The notes: generated from the sequence alone by a model not told the origin. A DNA stretch of 63,958 bases, filler included, from an uncultured bacterium (GCA_964449065.1; 3 parts of 3 records of this genome joined end to end with filler, not necessarily neighbours in it), one strand, 5' to 3'; counted from the first letter of the whole stretch, positions 10,536 through 21,301 are shown. Numbers and translations: made by a program.

Positions 10536-11987
10536 TTAAAACATCTCCGCGATGAAACCCCACCAAGTGTTGGGGAACACGCCCAAATAAATCACGCCCA
10601 GGGCGGAGAGCCATACGGCCAAGCCGCCAGAGAATGAAGCCGGTTCAAAGTCAAATTCTTTCTCCGGTTCCTGCATATACATAAAGACAATTACACGCAA
10701 ATAATAATAGAAGGATAGCAGTGTGGTTAAAACACCGACGGCTGCCAATCCGTAATATCCCGCTTCTATAGCAGATCCGAACAACCAAAGTTTTCCAAAG
10801 AAACCAACCGTTGGAGGCATTCCGGCCATCGAAAGTAAAAACAGCGCCAACATACCCGCCATGACCGGACAGGTTTTGGATAGGCCTGCCAATTCGGAAA
10901 GCTGCATACTATCTTCTTCTTCGGTACCCAGCATAATAACCACACCGAACGCGCCGATGGACATGAATAAGTAAGCCATTGAATAGAAGAGAATGGCGCT
11001 CATACCGATTTCGTTATGCGCGACAAACGCCATCGCCAAATACCCGCCGTGCGCGATGGATGAATAGGCGAGCAAGCGTTTGATATCTTTTTGCATCAAG
11101 GCCCCTAAGTTTCCGATGATCATCGTGAGCATGGCCAGTATATAGATTCCACTCAACCAATATTCACTTAGGGGGCCAAACGAGGTACCGGGGAAAGCAA
11201 AGATACGCAATAAAGCCGCAAACCCCGCAATTTTTGAGCCGGTGGCGATCCATGCGGTGATCGGTGTCGGTGCGCCTTGATAAACATCCGGTGCCCACAT
11301 GTGGAACGGCACCAATGAAATTTTGAAGCCGATACCGACCAATACCAAGGCGAATCCCAATATCAACAATGGTGTTACAGTCATATCGGATGTGACTAAC
11401 GAGCCGATGGTAACCAAGTTGGTGGTACGGCAGATTCCATACACGAAAGCGAGGCCGTATACAAAGAAGCCGGTAGAGAGCGCGCCAAGTAAAAAATACT
11501 TCATCGAGGCTTCACCGGATAAAATGCTGCGTTTGTTTAACCCCGCCAACACAAACAGGGATAATGACAATAATTCGATACCGATGAAGACCATGATCAA
11601 ATCGGCGGCCGAAGCAACGATCATCATGCCCAAAGTGGAAAAGAGCAACAACGCGATCATCTCGCCATAGGGCAGTTGATGCCGCTGCGCGTAGCGGTGT
11701 GAGAGCAGCACCACCAAGGCAATCCCCTGAAGAAAGACCATGTTAAAAAAGGTGCTGATGTTATCACGGATAATCATTAACGAGAACCCGGTTTCGTTGA
11801 CATCGTAAAGACCTTGCGTGGAGAATATAGCCAAAATCACGCCGGCCAATGTCACCAATGTGATATGGAAGTTATCCACCCGGTCAAACAAGGAATCGAT
11901 CATCAACACCAAAAACGCGGTGATGCAGATGATGATTTCCGGTTTAATCAGAGAGAGTTGTATGATTGGCAGTTCGATTTCCGCCAT
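10536..11987 (-). CDS. nuoN: NADH-quinone oxidoreductase subunit N
   Basis: EASMKYFLLGA, FKISLVPFHMWAPDVYQGAP, KRLLAYSSIAH. Confidence 0.95.
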   Translation of the reverse strand: MAEIELPIIQLSLIKPEIIICITAFLVLMIDSLFDRVDNFHITLVTLAGVILAIFSTQGLYDVNETGFSLMIIRDNISTFFNMVFLQGIALVVLLSHRYAQRHQLPYGEMIALLLFSTLGMMIVASAADLIMVFIGIELLSLSLFVLAGLNKRSILSGEASMKYFLLGALSTGFFVYGLAFVYGICRTTNLVTIGSLVTSDMTVTPLLILGFALVLVGIGFKISLVPFHMWAPDVYQGAPTPITAWIATGSKIAGFAALLRIFAFPGTSFGPLSEYWLSGIYILAMLTMIIGNLGALMQKDIKRLLAYSSIAHGGYLAMAFVAHNEIGMSAILFYSMAYLFMSIGAFGVVIMLGTEEEDSMQLSELAGLSKTCPVMAGMLALFLLSMAGMPPTVGFFGKLWLFGSAIEAGYYGLAAVGVLTTLLSFYYYLRVIVFMYMQEPEKEFDFEPASFSGGLAVWLSALGVIYLGVFPNTWWGFIAEMF

Positions 11988-12037
11988 TCTGTTGTATAAA
12001 CCTTCCTACAAGATAAAAAACACGAACGAAAGACGGT

Positions 12038-12376
12038 TTAGCCTTTCAAAATGTTTATGGATTCAATACTGATTGAATCAATCTGTCGAAACAGATTGAT
12101 AATGATTCCCAAGCCAACGCCGACTTCGGCCGCGGCAACGGTCATAATTAAAAAGACAAACACCATCCCGTTGCTCGCGGTTGAAAACTCCGTAGCGGTG
12201 ATGGCGGTTTCGTATAAAGGATAGCGGCTGAAAGCGACGATGGTGATATTCGCGGCTGTCAGCATAAGTTCAACAGACATCAGGATAATCAAGGCATTGC
12301 GGCGCAGCAATACGCCCAATACACCGATGGAAAACAGCGCCATGCTTAATATGAGATAGTGTGCCAAACTGATCAT
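12038..12376 (-). CDS. nuoK: NADH-quinone oxidoreductase subunit K
   Basis: RRNALIILMSVELML, VAAAEVGVGL. Confidence 0.95.
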   Translation of the reverse strand: MISLAHYLILSMALFSIGVLGVLLRRNALIILMSVELMLTAANITIVAFSRYPLYETAITATEFSTASNGMVFVFLIMTVAAAEVGVGLGIIINLFRQIDSISIESINILKG

Positions 12377-12906
12377 CGCATCTTCTTTCTGTCGGCTTCG
12401 GAGTTAAAGTTGCGGGCGGCGACAATCGCGCCGATCACGGCAGCAGTCAACAAAACGCCTGCGATTTCAAAGGGCAGCACATAGCGGGTTAATAAATCCA
12501 GCGCAACCGCTTCCGCCGAACCCCATTCCGGCGGCGCCGCCGGTTTTAGCGGTTGAGAAAATCCCACTACCGTATCTCGGTAAATATACACAAGAAATGA
12601 AAGCGCGAATACAACGGCAAACCCAATTCCCCAGCGCCGGGATGATGTAACTTCAATCGGTTCATCCAGTTGCAGGTTCAACAACGAAACCACAAAGATA
12701 ATCAAAACCATCACGGCACCGGTATAAACGATGATCAGAATCCAGGCTAAAAAGTCAGCATGCAATGTCAGGAACAGGCCGGAAACACCGACAAGGGTGA
12801 TTACCAGGCTAACAGCGCTATACATGGGCTTGCGCGCGGTTACAACAAAGCACGCAAACAGCAGCACCACAAACGCACTAATCCAAAATAAAATTCCTGT
12901 TAGCAT
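12373..12906 (-). CDS. nuoJ: NADH-quinone oxidoreductase subunit J
   Basis: IIVYTGAVMVL, YVLPFEIAGVLLTAAVIGA. Confidence 0.93.
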   Translation of the reverse strand: MLTGILFWISAFVVLLFACFVVTARKPMYSAVSLVITLVGVSGLFLTLHADFLAWILIIVYTGAVMVLIIFVVSLLNLQLDEPIEVTSSRRWGIGFAVVFALSFLVYIYRDTVVGFSQPLKPAAPPEWGSAEAVALDLLTRYVLPFEIAGVLLTAAVIGAIVAARNFNSEADRKKMR

Positions 12907-13962
12907 TTACAGACCTATTTGATCGCCAATAAGCAGCAGTGCCGCCGCGGCGAATAAGTTGATTATGGTTAAAGGAAGCATAACCTTCCAACCGAATCCC
13001 ATCAATTGGTCATACCGGAAACGGGGCAAGGTAGCCCGAACCCAGATAAAAACAAACAAGATAAACAATACCTTTAACGCAAACCATAAGACACCGGGTA
13101 TCAGTGTAAACGGCATAAAGGGCAATGGCGAGTGCCACCCGCCCAAGAATAAGGTCGTGATGATGGAAGCGGCGGTGATCATATTGGTGTATTCGGCCAT
13201 AAAGAACACGGCAAACTTCATACTGCTGTATTCGGTATGATATCCGGCAACCAGCTCGGTTTCCGCTTCCGGCAAGTCGAAGGGGATGCGGTTGGTTTCG
13301 GCAAACATGGCGATCATAAAGGTAAAAAACGCGATGACTCCCGGAACCACAAACCATTGCGGACTGATAATCCACCAGTTCCAAAAGCCGCCGGCTTGCG
13401 AATTCACGATTTCACTGAGTTGAAACGCGCCGACCGCCATGATAACGGGCACAATCGAAAGCCCCAGGGATAACTCATAACTAAACATCTGCGCGGATGA
13501 ACGAAGCGCACCCAGCAAAGAGTATTTGTTGCTGGAACTCCACCCCGCGAAAAAAATTCCATAAACGCCGACCGCGGTCACACCAAAGATGTATAAGATA
13601 CCTACTTCCGGGTCGGCAATTTGCAAATGACCAATGTCGTATCCTAATAGTTCAACCGGAGGGCCGAATGGAATCACGGCAACCGCGATTAGTGAGGTAA
13701 ACACCGTCAAAAACGGTGCGGCAATAAACATGACCCGGTCGGCATTGGTGGGGATGATATCTTCTTTGAGGAATAGTTTCAGTCCATCGGCAATTGGCTG
13801 CAACAATCCGAAGGGTCCGACGCGCAACGGGCCGAGACGTTGTTGAAAGTGACCCAACAATTTTCGCTCCAGCCATACCAAATATGCAACCGCCAATTGG
13901 ATGACCGGCACAATCATTGCGATTTTGAGCACTGAGTAAATCAGTGTTTCTAAGATTGTCAT
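12907..13962 (-). CDS. nuoH: NADH-quinone oxidoreductase subunit H
   Basis: ERKLLGHFQQRLGP, GLLQPIADGLK, PFDLPEAETELVAGY. Confidence 0.96.
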   Translation of the reverse strand: MTILETLIYSVLKIAMIVPVIQLAVAYLVWLERKLLGHFQQRLGPLRVGPFGLLQPIADGLKLFLKEDIIPTNADRVMFIAAPFLTVFTSLIAVAVIPFGPPVELLGYDIGHLQIADPEVGILYIFGVTAVGVYGIFFAGWSSSNKYSLLGALRSSAQMFSYELSLGLSIVPVIMAVGAFQLSEIVNSQAGGFWNWWIISPQWFVVPGVIAFFTFMIAMFAETNRIPFDLPEAETELVAGYHTEYSSMKFAVFFMAEYTNMITAASIITTLFLGGWHSPLPFMPFTLIPGVLWFALKVLFILFVFIWVRATLPRFRYDQLMGFGWKVMLPLTIINLFAAAALLLIGDQIGL

Positions 13963-16586
13963 TTTAGAACTTTAACCCACGGTGCTTGTTCAGCGACGAT
14001 GCCGTTCAGCGGTAAATTATCATACATTCCCAAAACAGTAACACACCCTTTGAAGGTAGCCGAAGATACCCGGGCAGGCAACTCCAGCGATCCTTTTTCG
14101 CCCTCAATTTTCACTTTTTCTCCCTCGGACACCTGTAAGTTCTTGGCATCTTCAGGATTCATTTCTACCACGCAAGGCTCGCTGCGCTCAACCAAGGCTT
14201 CGGCATAGCGTTTCTCGCCTGCGGTATCAAACAAATATTTGCCGCGCACCAAGCGCAATGAACCTTCAGGAGCGTGGCCATTGACCGATGCGGGATTGAA
14301 TTCACTCTGCGGGACCTTTTCCCAACTGGAAGGATCAACGTCTTTTGACTGCTGACCCTGCGGTCCGAGCACTTCCCACGTAAAGCCTTTGTAATGCGGA
14401 ACCTGCTCTGCAATTTCTGTCATCAACTTACGGGCGTCGGTCTGCTTCCAACCCAGGCCCCAACGTTCGCCGAGAGCGAGTAAAACTTGATAACCCGCTA
14501 AAGTGCCATCTAACTGCACCAACGCTTTGTTGGAACGCTGGACACGGCCGGCTAAATTGGTGTAGGTGCCGTCCTCTTCGGTATATGTGGATAGCGGCAA
14601 GAACACTTCGGCATGTTTTTGGGTTTCGAATGGATAGGCATCCGCAACGACCAATAATGGCACCGCATTGAGCGCTTTTTGCACGAATTCGCGGTCGGGG
14701 TATTCTTCCACAATATCGGTATCAAAGAGAATCAAAGCCTTAATGCTGCCGTCGATGCAGCCTTGCAGAATTTCCGTGGTGTTTTTGCCGGGATTCTGTA
14801 CTTTCTTAAATCCGGGACCACGGTGAGGATAGCACCCCATATCGGCGGCACCGCGTGAGTTGTTGTAGGGCAATAATAAACTTAACGGCAACTTAGATTC
14901 TCCAACAGAGGCTACCATTTCGGCCAATGCAGCGGCCAATAAGACGGTATCTTTGCCGAATTCACCCTCATAGCCATCTCGACCAAGCAAGATGGTGGGA
15001 TGACCGGCTGTATCAAGCATTTGGACGATTTCATCAAATTTTTCGCGGGAAACGCCGCATTTGTTTAACGCATCTTCAATCGATGGCCCGGTAATAGATT
15101 GTACGGATGCCGGGATGGGAACGCTGCGTTTTTGTGATATTTCGATAATCAAAGCGGATAAGAAAACCGCTTCGGTACCCGGTCGGTATTGCACGGTATG
15201 CTGAATGTCTTTATCCAAACGTGTCGGCCGTGAATAGGCCATCGCGACCGGTTTAACTTTCTTATTGGCTTTGGATGGATTGTAGAATGAGATTGGAGTA
15301 AACGGTGTGCAGTGCGGATCGGATGCTTCCGGCATGTTCAGCGCTTGCTCACGCACTTGCAGTTTCAAGATCGGCAATTCGTTCGGCAAGTCGGAACCGA
15401 TGACCAGTACCGCGTCGCATTTCTCTAATTCTTCAAACGGCTGGTTGGCCGCGTTGCGTATCAAGGAAGTGATGTAGCCGTCATCGTTACCGGTAATTAC
15501 CGCTTCGGTGCGGTGATCAATATTGTTGGTTTTTACCGCTTCACGCAGGAACTTTTGGAACAAATAAAGCGTTTCGTTGCTGGCGCGCGGGCCGATGATA
15601 CCGGCAACACTTTCCGAACCGTGTTCTTGGATGGTTTGTTTTAAGGTGTTGACCGTGTGGTTCACTACCCTGCCCCACTTGCTGTGTTCCTGTTCACCGT
15701 TTTCATTTTTGAATAACGGTGTTCGTTGGCGGCTGTCGCTGTTGAATTGGTCAAAACCAAAGCGGCCGATATCGCAAATCCAGCGGCCGTTTACCGCTTC
15801 GTTTTCACGAGGCGTAAAGCGCAATACTTCCCGTGTGCGGTTGCGTTTTTCCATATTCACATTGCAGCCGACTGAGCAGAGTGAGCAGACCGAATCCACC
15901 CGCTGCAACTCCCAGGGGCGAACACGAAACCGGGTAATCTTGCTGGTTAACGCTCCAACCGGGCATAAATCAATTGTGTTTCCGGCGAATTCATTTTTCA
16001 GCGGCTGATCTTGGAAGGTGGAAATTCGGGCGCTGTTGCCGCGTTTTAAAACGGCCAGTTCGGCATTGCCCGCAATTTCTTCCATATAGCGGGTGCAGCG
16101 GGTACACAAAATGCAGCGGTTGCGTTCCAGATCGATAAACGGGCCGATATCCGGCTTGGGAAAGGTTCTACGTTCATAGCGGAAGCGGGTGTTATCCGTT
16201 CCGTGATTCATGCTGTATTCTTGCAGTTTGCATTCACCGCCTTGATCGCAAACCGGGCAATCCAGTGGGTGCTGAACCAGCAAGAATTCCATTTGCTGTT
16301 CGCGTGCTTCCAAAACCTTTTCGCTATGGGTGTAAATTATTTGGCCTTCCGCGCATGGGGTAGAGCAAGAGGGCAGCAATTTCGGCACCTTTTCTACTTC
16401 CACCAAGCACAAACGGCAGCTGGCCACGATGGTTAAATCTTGATCGTAGCAATAGTGCGGGATTTCTTTTTTGAGTTGACGGGCGGCTTCAAACATCGTA
16501 GTGCCCTTATCGACCGATAGGAGCTGTCCGTCAATCGTAATGTTGATTTTTTCTTTCACGTTTTCTTTTACGGCTGAATCACTCAT
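13959..16586 (-). CDS. nuoG: NADH-quinone oxidoreductase subunit G
   Basis: IPHYC, CRLCLVE, HPLDCPVCDQGGEC, CILCTRC, CSLCSVGC, molybdopterin-fold C-terminus. Confidence 0.94.
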   Translation of the reverse strand: MSDSAVKENVKEKINITIDGQLLSVDKGTTMFEAARQLKKEIPHYCYDQDLTIVASCRLCLVEVEKVPKLLPSCSTPCAEGQIIYTHSEKVLEAREQQMEFLLVQHPLDCPVCDQGGECKLQEYSMNHGTDNTRFRYERRTFPKPDIGPFIDLERNRCILCTRCTRYMEEIAGNAELAVLKRGNSARISTFQDQPLKNEFAGNTIDLCPVGALTSKITRFRVRPWELQRVDSVCSLCSVGCNVNMEKRNRTREVLRFTPRENEAVNGRWICDIGRFGFDQFNSDSRQRTPLFKNENGEQEHSKWGRVVNHTVNTLKQTIQEHGSESVAGIIGPRASNETLYLFQKFLREAVKTNNIDHRTEAVITGNDDGYITSLIRNAANQPFEELEKCDAVLVIGSDLPNELPILKLQVREQALNMPEASDPHCTPFTPISFYNPSKANKKVKPVAMAYSRPTRLDKDIQHTVQYRPGTEAVFLSALIIEISQKRSVPIPASVQSITGPSIEDALNKCGVSREKFDEIVQMLDTAGHPTILLGRDGYEGEFGKDTVLLAAALAEMVASVGESKLPLSLLLPYNNSRGAADMGCYPHRGPGFKKVQNPGKNTTEILQGCIDGSIKALILFDTDIVEEYPDREFVQKALNAVPLLVVADAYPFETQKHAEVFLPLSTYTEEDGTYTNLAGRVQRSNKALVQLDGTLAGYQVLLALGERWGLGWKQTDARKLMTEIAEQVPHYKGFTWEVLGPQGQQSKDVDPSSWEKVPQSEFNPASVNGHAPEGSLRLVRGKYLFDTAGEKRYAEALVERSEPCVVEMNPEDAKNLQVSEGEKVKIEGEKGSLELPARVSSATFKGCVTVLGMYDNLPLNGIVAEQAPWVKVLK

Positions 16587-16630
16587 AATAATAGGCTCCG
16601 AAACAACAAAGGCTTGACCGAATCATCCGG

Positions 16631-17911
16631 TTATGCCGCCGCTTCGGTGTCTTTCTCAGATATTTTCATTTTCGCCAAGAAATCTTCCGGAAACTTTTGT
16701 ACCATCGCCCGGATCGGCCAAACAGCGGCAGGCCATAACGCGCAGATGGAAGTAAATTCCGATTTGCTGATTTCCAAAATCAGATCCAAATCTTCTTTTC
16801 GACCGTTTCCGGCTTTAATGTTTTCAATAATCTGCATAAACCAGCGGGTGCCTTCACGGCAGGGCGTGCACTGCCCGCAGGATTCATGTTCATAAAAATG
16901 CGCGGTTAAATAGGCAATATCCACCATATCGGTGGTGTCGTCCATGACGATCATTCCACCCGAACCGAGGGATGAACCGGCTTCCTGCACGGCTTCCATC
17001 GTGAGCGGGATATCAATTTCATCGTCTTTGAGTATCTGCATGGAAGACCCGCCAGGGATCACCCCTTTAATTTTGCGTCCATCCGGAACGCCGCCGCCAA
17101 AATCGTTGATAAATTCTCGAACGGTCATGGAACCAAGTTCCACTTCATAAACACCCGGGGTTTTCAAGTGGCCGCTTAGGCACAACAGACGGGTACCGCT
17201 GCTTTTTTCTGAGCCGGTTTCAGAATACCACTCACCCCCTTTGTTTACGATCACGGGGATAGTGGCAAGGGTTTCAACGTTATTGATAACGGTTGGGCTT
17301 TCGTACAATCCGGAAACCGCGGGGAACGGCGGTTTGTTGCGGGGATAACCGCGATTTCCTTCCAGCGAGGTCAACAGACTGGATTCTTCACCACAAATAT
17401 AAGCGCCCGCTCCACGGTAGACCATGATTTCGCAGTTAAAGCCGGAATCCATGATGTTTTGGCCGATCAAGCCTTTGCTGCGGGCGTCTTCAACGGCAAT
17501 TTGCAGCATTTCGGCTTGGTGATGGAACTCACCGCGGATGTAAATAAAGGCCATTTCAGATTTGATTGCGTAACAGGTGATTAACATGCCCTCGATGAGG
17601 GACTGGGGGTCTTCTTCAATAATGATGCGGTCTTTACAAGTTCCCGGCTCGCTTTCGTCCGCGTTGCAGCAGAGGTAAACCGGTTTGGGGTTATCCTTGG
17701 GCAAGAAGCCCCACTTCATACCGGTTGGAAAACCGGCGCCACCGCGTCCGCGCAAACCGGATTTTTTGACTTCATCCACAATTTGCTCCGGCTTCATTTC
17801 GTTCAGAGCTTTTTCTAAAGCCTTGTATCCACCGGACTTCTTGTATCCCTCGACGGTGCGTAAATCCGGGGCACCGAGCCGCTCTAGGAGGATTCTTTTT
17901 TCTTCAGCCAT
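16631..17911 (-). CDS. nuoF: NADH-quinone oxidoreductase subunit F
   Basis: SGLRGRGGAGFPTG, NADESEPG, GAGAYICGEE, ESCGQCTPCREG. Confidence 0.96.
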   Translation of the reverse strand: MAEEKRILLERLGAPDLRTVEGYKKSGGYKALEKALNEMKPEQIVDEVKKSGLRGRGGAGFPTGMKWGFLPKDNPKPVYLCCNADESEPGTCKDRIIIEEDPQSLIEGMLITCYAIKSEMAFIYIRGEFHHQAEMLQIAVEDARSKGLIGQNIMDSGFNCEIMVYRGAGAYICGEESSLLTSLEGNRGYPRNKPPFPAVSGLYESPTVINNVETLATIPVIVNKGGEWYSETGSEKSSGTRLLCLSGHLKTPGVYEVELGSMTVREFINDFGGGVPDGRKIKGVIPGGSSMQILKDDEIDIPLTMEAVQEAGSSLGSGGMIVMDDTTDMVDIAYLTAHFYEHESCGQCTPCREGTRWFMQIIENIKAGNGRKEDLDLILEISKSEFTSICALWPAAVWPIRAMVQKFPEDFLAKMKISEKDTEAAA

Positions 17912-18008
17912 AATGGTACCGGGGTTTCCTGGTTAAATAATTCTCTAGTTTGCTATCATATTAACAAACTTAAAAATTCATTCAAGTTTAGATTCCGTGA
18001 AATCCAGT

Positions 18009-18479
18009 TTATTCCAACGAAGACAAAATCTTGTCTACTTCTTCGGCGGTCAAATTCTTATGTTCCTTACCGTTGATTTGCATGCATGGCGCCCATGAGC
18101 AGGCGGCGATGCATTCCACACCCTGCAGGGAAAACTTGCCATCAACGGTGGTTTCACCGTTTTTGATACCGAGTTTCTTTTCTAAATGCTTCATCAATGT
18201 TTCTGCGCCGCATAAGAAGCAGGAAATATTGGTGCAGAACTCGATGTGGTATTTACCGGTCGGTTTCAGCGGGAACATGGTGTAGAAGCTAGCGATGCCT
18301 TCAATCTGCGCGGGTTCCATATCCAAGATGGAGGCCACTTCCACCATCGCTTCGGGTGAGATGTAGCCGTATTCCTTCCATGCCATGTGCAATAACGGGA
18401 TCGAAGCCGAACGTTTGTGAGGAAAACTGTTGACGACTTCTTCGATTTTTTCGGGGCAAGATTCACGCAAACTGGGCAT
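18009..18479 (-). CDS. nuoE: NADH-quinone oxidoreductase subunit E
   Basis: SFYTMF, CTNISC and ECIAAC 2Fe-2S ligands. Confidence 0.94.
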   Translation of the reverse strand: MPSLRESCPEKIEEVVNSFPHKRSASIPLLHMAWKEYGYISPEAMVEVASILDMEPAQIEGIASFYTMFPLKPTGKYHIEFCTNISCFLCGAETLMKHLEKKLGIKNGETTVDGKFSLQGVECIAACSWAPCMQINGKEHKNLTAEEVDKILSSLE

Positions 18480-18739
18480 AGCGCTTCTACCGTCCTACAT
18501 TTCTTGTTTCTGGTGGTCTGTTTTAACTAGAAACTGGAAACCAGCTAACCAGACACTGAACCGTGGATAAATTTATAACCGAATGGCTTTCTATCCAAGG
18601 CCAAAACCGGTGATTTTGTTATTTTGTTCTGATTTAGGCATTGTAATGCGGGTTAAATTGATCCAAAGGGTAGAAGATGATATTTGTGGGAATTTGAGTT
18701 GAGTTGGATTGTATGAATTTGACATCTTATTTAATTAGA

Positions 18740-19141
18740 TCATATTAATACCGTAAAACCCATTTGCTTGAAATGATGGTCACAAGTGAAAACTTCTTGA
18801 ATGCCATATTCTTTCATGATGAGAAACGAAGTGATATCCGTTAAACCCCAATCTTTATCTGTGTATTCTTGGTACATTTGAAGGGCTTTTTCAAAACGCG
18901 TTTTGGTTATAGGAATCACTTCGATATCGTCTGATTCTTGTATGAGTTTAAGAAATTTTAGTGCCAGGTGTTTGTGCTTTGAAAGAGAATTGCATACTTC
19001 CACAACAATAAAATCGGTTATCACAAAACGGACATGAATTTCTTCCAAATACTGGTTGATCCGAACCGCATTTTCGTGGAACGAATCGCGTCGGTTGGAC
19101 ATTGCCAAAATACCGGCTGTATCCAAAAATACCCTATTCAT
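18740..19141 (-). CDS. PIN-domain (VapC-like) toxin
   Basis: VFLDTAG, T..IVVE, WGLTDITS, VFTCDHHF acidic PIN motifs. Confidence 0.9.
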   Translation of the reverse strand: MNRVFLDTAGILAMSNRRDSFHENAVRINQYLEEIHVRFVITDFIVVEVCNSLSKHKHLALKFLKLIQESDDIEVIPITKTRFEKALQMYQEYTDKDWGLTDITSFLIMKEYGIQEVFTCDHHFKQMGFTVLI

Positions 19142-19353
19142 AGCGGGTGGTTGCTGCCATACCGGTCATGATTTTCTGCCATATCCGAAACACCTAAATC
19201 TTCAGAAATATCACGTAATTTGGACAAAATATTCTTCCGTTTGTTTATGGCGTTTTCTACGAACATTTCATAACTGCCGTTATACTCTTTTTCCACCAAT
19301 TCAACAAATTGCTTTTCCGTATCCGGTTTTAATTGCAAATTCAGGTTTAACAT
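19138..19353 (-). CDS. Putative cognate antitoxin
   Basis: 71-aa ORF (start MLNLN at 19353) overlapping the PIN start; C-terminal DLGVSDMAENHDRY is typical of PIN-associated antitoxins. Confidence 0.75.
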   Translation of the reverse strand: MLNLNLQLKPDTEKQFVELVEKEYNGSYEMFVENAINKRKNILSKLRDISEDLGVSDMAENHDRYGSNHPL

Positions 19354-19384
19354 AGCCTTTCTCCATACGATTTCTTTTCTCATA

Positions 19385-19705
19385 TTATGAAGATATGAAG
19401 TGCATTTGTCTGCACGCATCCTTCAGTTTTTTTGAAAATTCCGGATCATTTGTTTCTTCACACAGTTGTTCACGTTCAAACTCTTCTTGCTTGAAACAGG
19501 CATCAATTTCTTCAAGGCGGCTTAAATAAAACGCAATCGCACCGTATACCTGGTCTAGCGATAAAACGGGAAAACAATCTGATGCTATGGTTTCGGGAGA
19601 CAATCCTTCCCAAAACTTGTAGACTACAGAATCCAGAGACATGCGGGTTCCGGATATCCTGTATCCACTATCGTATTTTCGACATACAGACTTTCCATTA
19701 TTCAT
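19385..19705 (-). CDS. DUF433 family protein (antitoxin-like)
   Basis: RISGTRMSLDSVV..F.EGLSPETI..FPVLSLDQVYGAIAFYL. Confidence 0.85.
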   Translation of the reverse strand: MNNGKSVCRKYDSGYRISGTRMSLDSVVYKFWEGLSPETIASDCFPVLSLDQVYGAIAFYLSRLEEIDACFKQEEFEREQLCEETNDPEFSKKLKDACRQMHFISS

Positions 19706-19818
19706 ATTTCCAAAAAAAATTTCTTTATCAAAGATGGAACTGTTTTTTTGTAATATTAACGCATAGAAAATGACCCATTGAAATATGAGAATTTTAAAAC
19801 GATAAAAGAGATTCTATC

Positions 19819-20991
19819 ATGGGCAAATCATCAATTTTCATAACCATTTTCATCATTAGCATTTTTTGCCTTACCGGCAACTCCAACCCAACCGTGATCG
19901 GCTTTCATTTCAGCACGGTGGAACGGAATGGTCTCACCCTGCAAGGGGCGAGCTTCGGCAGCATTCCGCAGGCGGATGTTGCGTTTGGGGATATTCCAAC
20001 AAGCAACGCATTTGTAGGGGCTACGGACGGCAAAGGGGCCATCATCAATGCGGATCCCAGCGAGGGTGTGATGATGTTCGCGCCGGAGATTGAAACGGCA
20101 CAGGCTGCTTTTATGTGGTTCAACGTTTCCGTCAGCCATGCCGATGCCGCTATTACACTGGCATCGATCGACCAAGGTCCTGATGTGTTTGTAAATACCA
20201 GTTCCCCCGGCAATGCCTCAACTTTTGTCAACAATTATGGGCGTATCACTACACTATATACCCCCGCATCCCTCGGATTTCAGCCGGTGTTTCAAATAGT
20301 TAACAACAGCGAAACCTTGCCACTCACGGTCTATGTTGACCATTGGGAGATTTACACCTTTCAAGAAGGGGAATATGTGAACACAGAATTCCTCAGCGGC
20401 GCTCAAGCAGGTGTATTCAGTTTCACATTGGGTGAATGTTTTGGATTAAATGACACTTGCACGGATGGCAACTTTACCATTGATATTCCACCATCCATCA
20501 ATCTTTCGGAATACACTCACATCTCTGTATGGTGTGTCCCTGTTGGTGTGAGTTTTGGTCATGGTCGTTTTATGCCCGGTGCGGAACCTTCCCCACCACC
20601 TACTCCGTTGCCATCCGCTATACAGCCCGGATGGGTGGCGGATTTCGGCACTGGAAACGAGCACGCAGTGGCCGGAAAAGTACGGGTTGTGGATGAAGAC
20701 ACGCTGCAATTCGAAAACTTTGAATATGACGGCAACGGAATTGAAGTGGAACTCTATCTCATCCAGACAGATATAGAACGTTTCGTTTCATCCGAAGGCC
20801 GGGCGGGTGTGACAGCGTTTAAATTCCCCATAGGAGTTTGCTATGGCTTAAACGCAAGTTGCGCCGATGGAAACTTTACGTTGGATATTCCCTCATCCAT
20901 CAATTTGCTGGATTATACCCACATCTCGGTTTGGTGTGTTCCGGTTGGGGTTAGCCTGGGAGACGGTAAGTTTAAGCCGGAGAATCTGTAA
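19819..20991 (+). CDS. Secreted DM13-domain protein
   Basis: Signal peptide; HAVAGKV..FENFEYDG and YTHISVWCVPVGVS DM13 motifs, the latter present twice. Confidence 0.75.
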   Translation: MGKSSIFITIFIISIFCLTGNSNPTVIGFHFSTVERNGLTLQGASFGSIPQADVAFGDIPTSNAFVGATDGKGAIINADPSEGVMMFAPEIETAQAAFMWFNVSVSHADAAITLASIDQGPDVFVNTSSPGNASTFVNNYGRITTLYTPASLGFQPVFQIVNNSETLPLTVYVDHWEIYTFQEGEYVNTEFLSGAQAGVFSFTLGECFGLNDTCTDGNFTIDIPPSINLSEYTHISVWCVPVGVSFGHGRFMPGAEPSPPPTPLPSAIQPGWVADFGTGNEHAVAGKVRVVDEDTLQFENFEYDGNGIEVELYLIQTDIERFVSSEGRAGVTAFKFPIGVCYGLNASCADGNFTLDIPSSINLLDYTHISVWCVPVGVSLGDGKFKPENL

Positions 20992-21301
20992 ACCGAAACG
21001 GAGTGTGTTTAGAAACCCATTCCAGCCAATGGCTATAGGTCCATTCGTTTTGGATGCGGCGGAGGGCGTTTTGCCGGATTCCATTCGCTTCGTTGGGGTA
21101 AAGCCTCAGCGAATCACCAACAAACACAACCGGCAATTTGTGTTCCAAAGCGGGAGGTTCATCCACTCAATAACTCGTCATGTTTTTTTAAAACATGGTC
21201 GTATTTGATATTCAGCAAAGGAAACCAAGCGCTATCCATGTGATTTGCTTTGAAGACTGTTATATTTATAACAAAAGAATTTCATTGAGGCATTTTAACG
21301 T

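Noticed and set aside
18527..18562. Degenerate heptamer run (AACTAGA AACTGGA AACCAGC...) upstream of nuoE
   Set aside because: Short and degenerate; function cannot be supported
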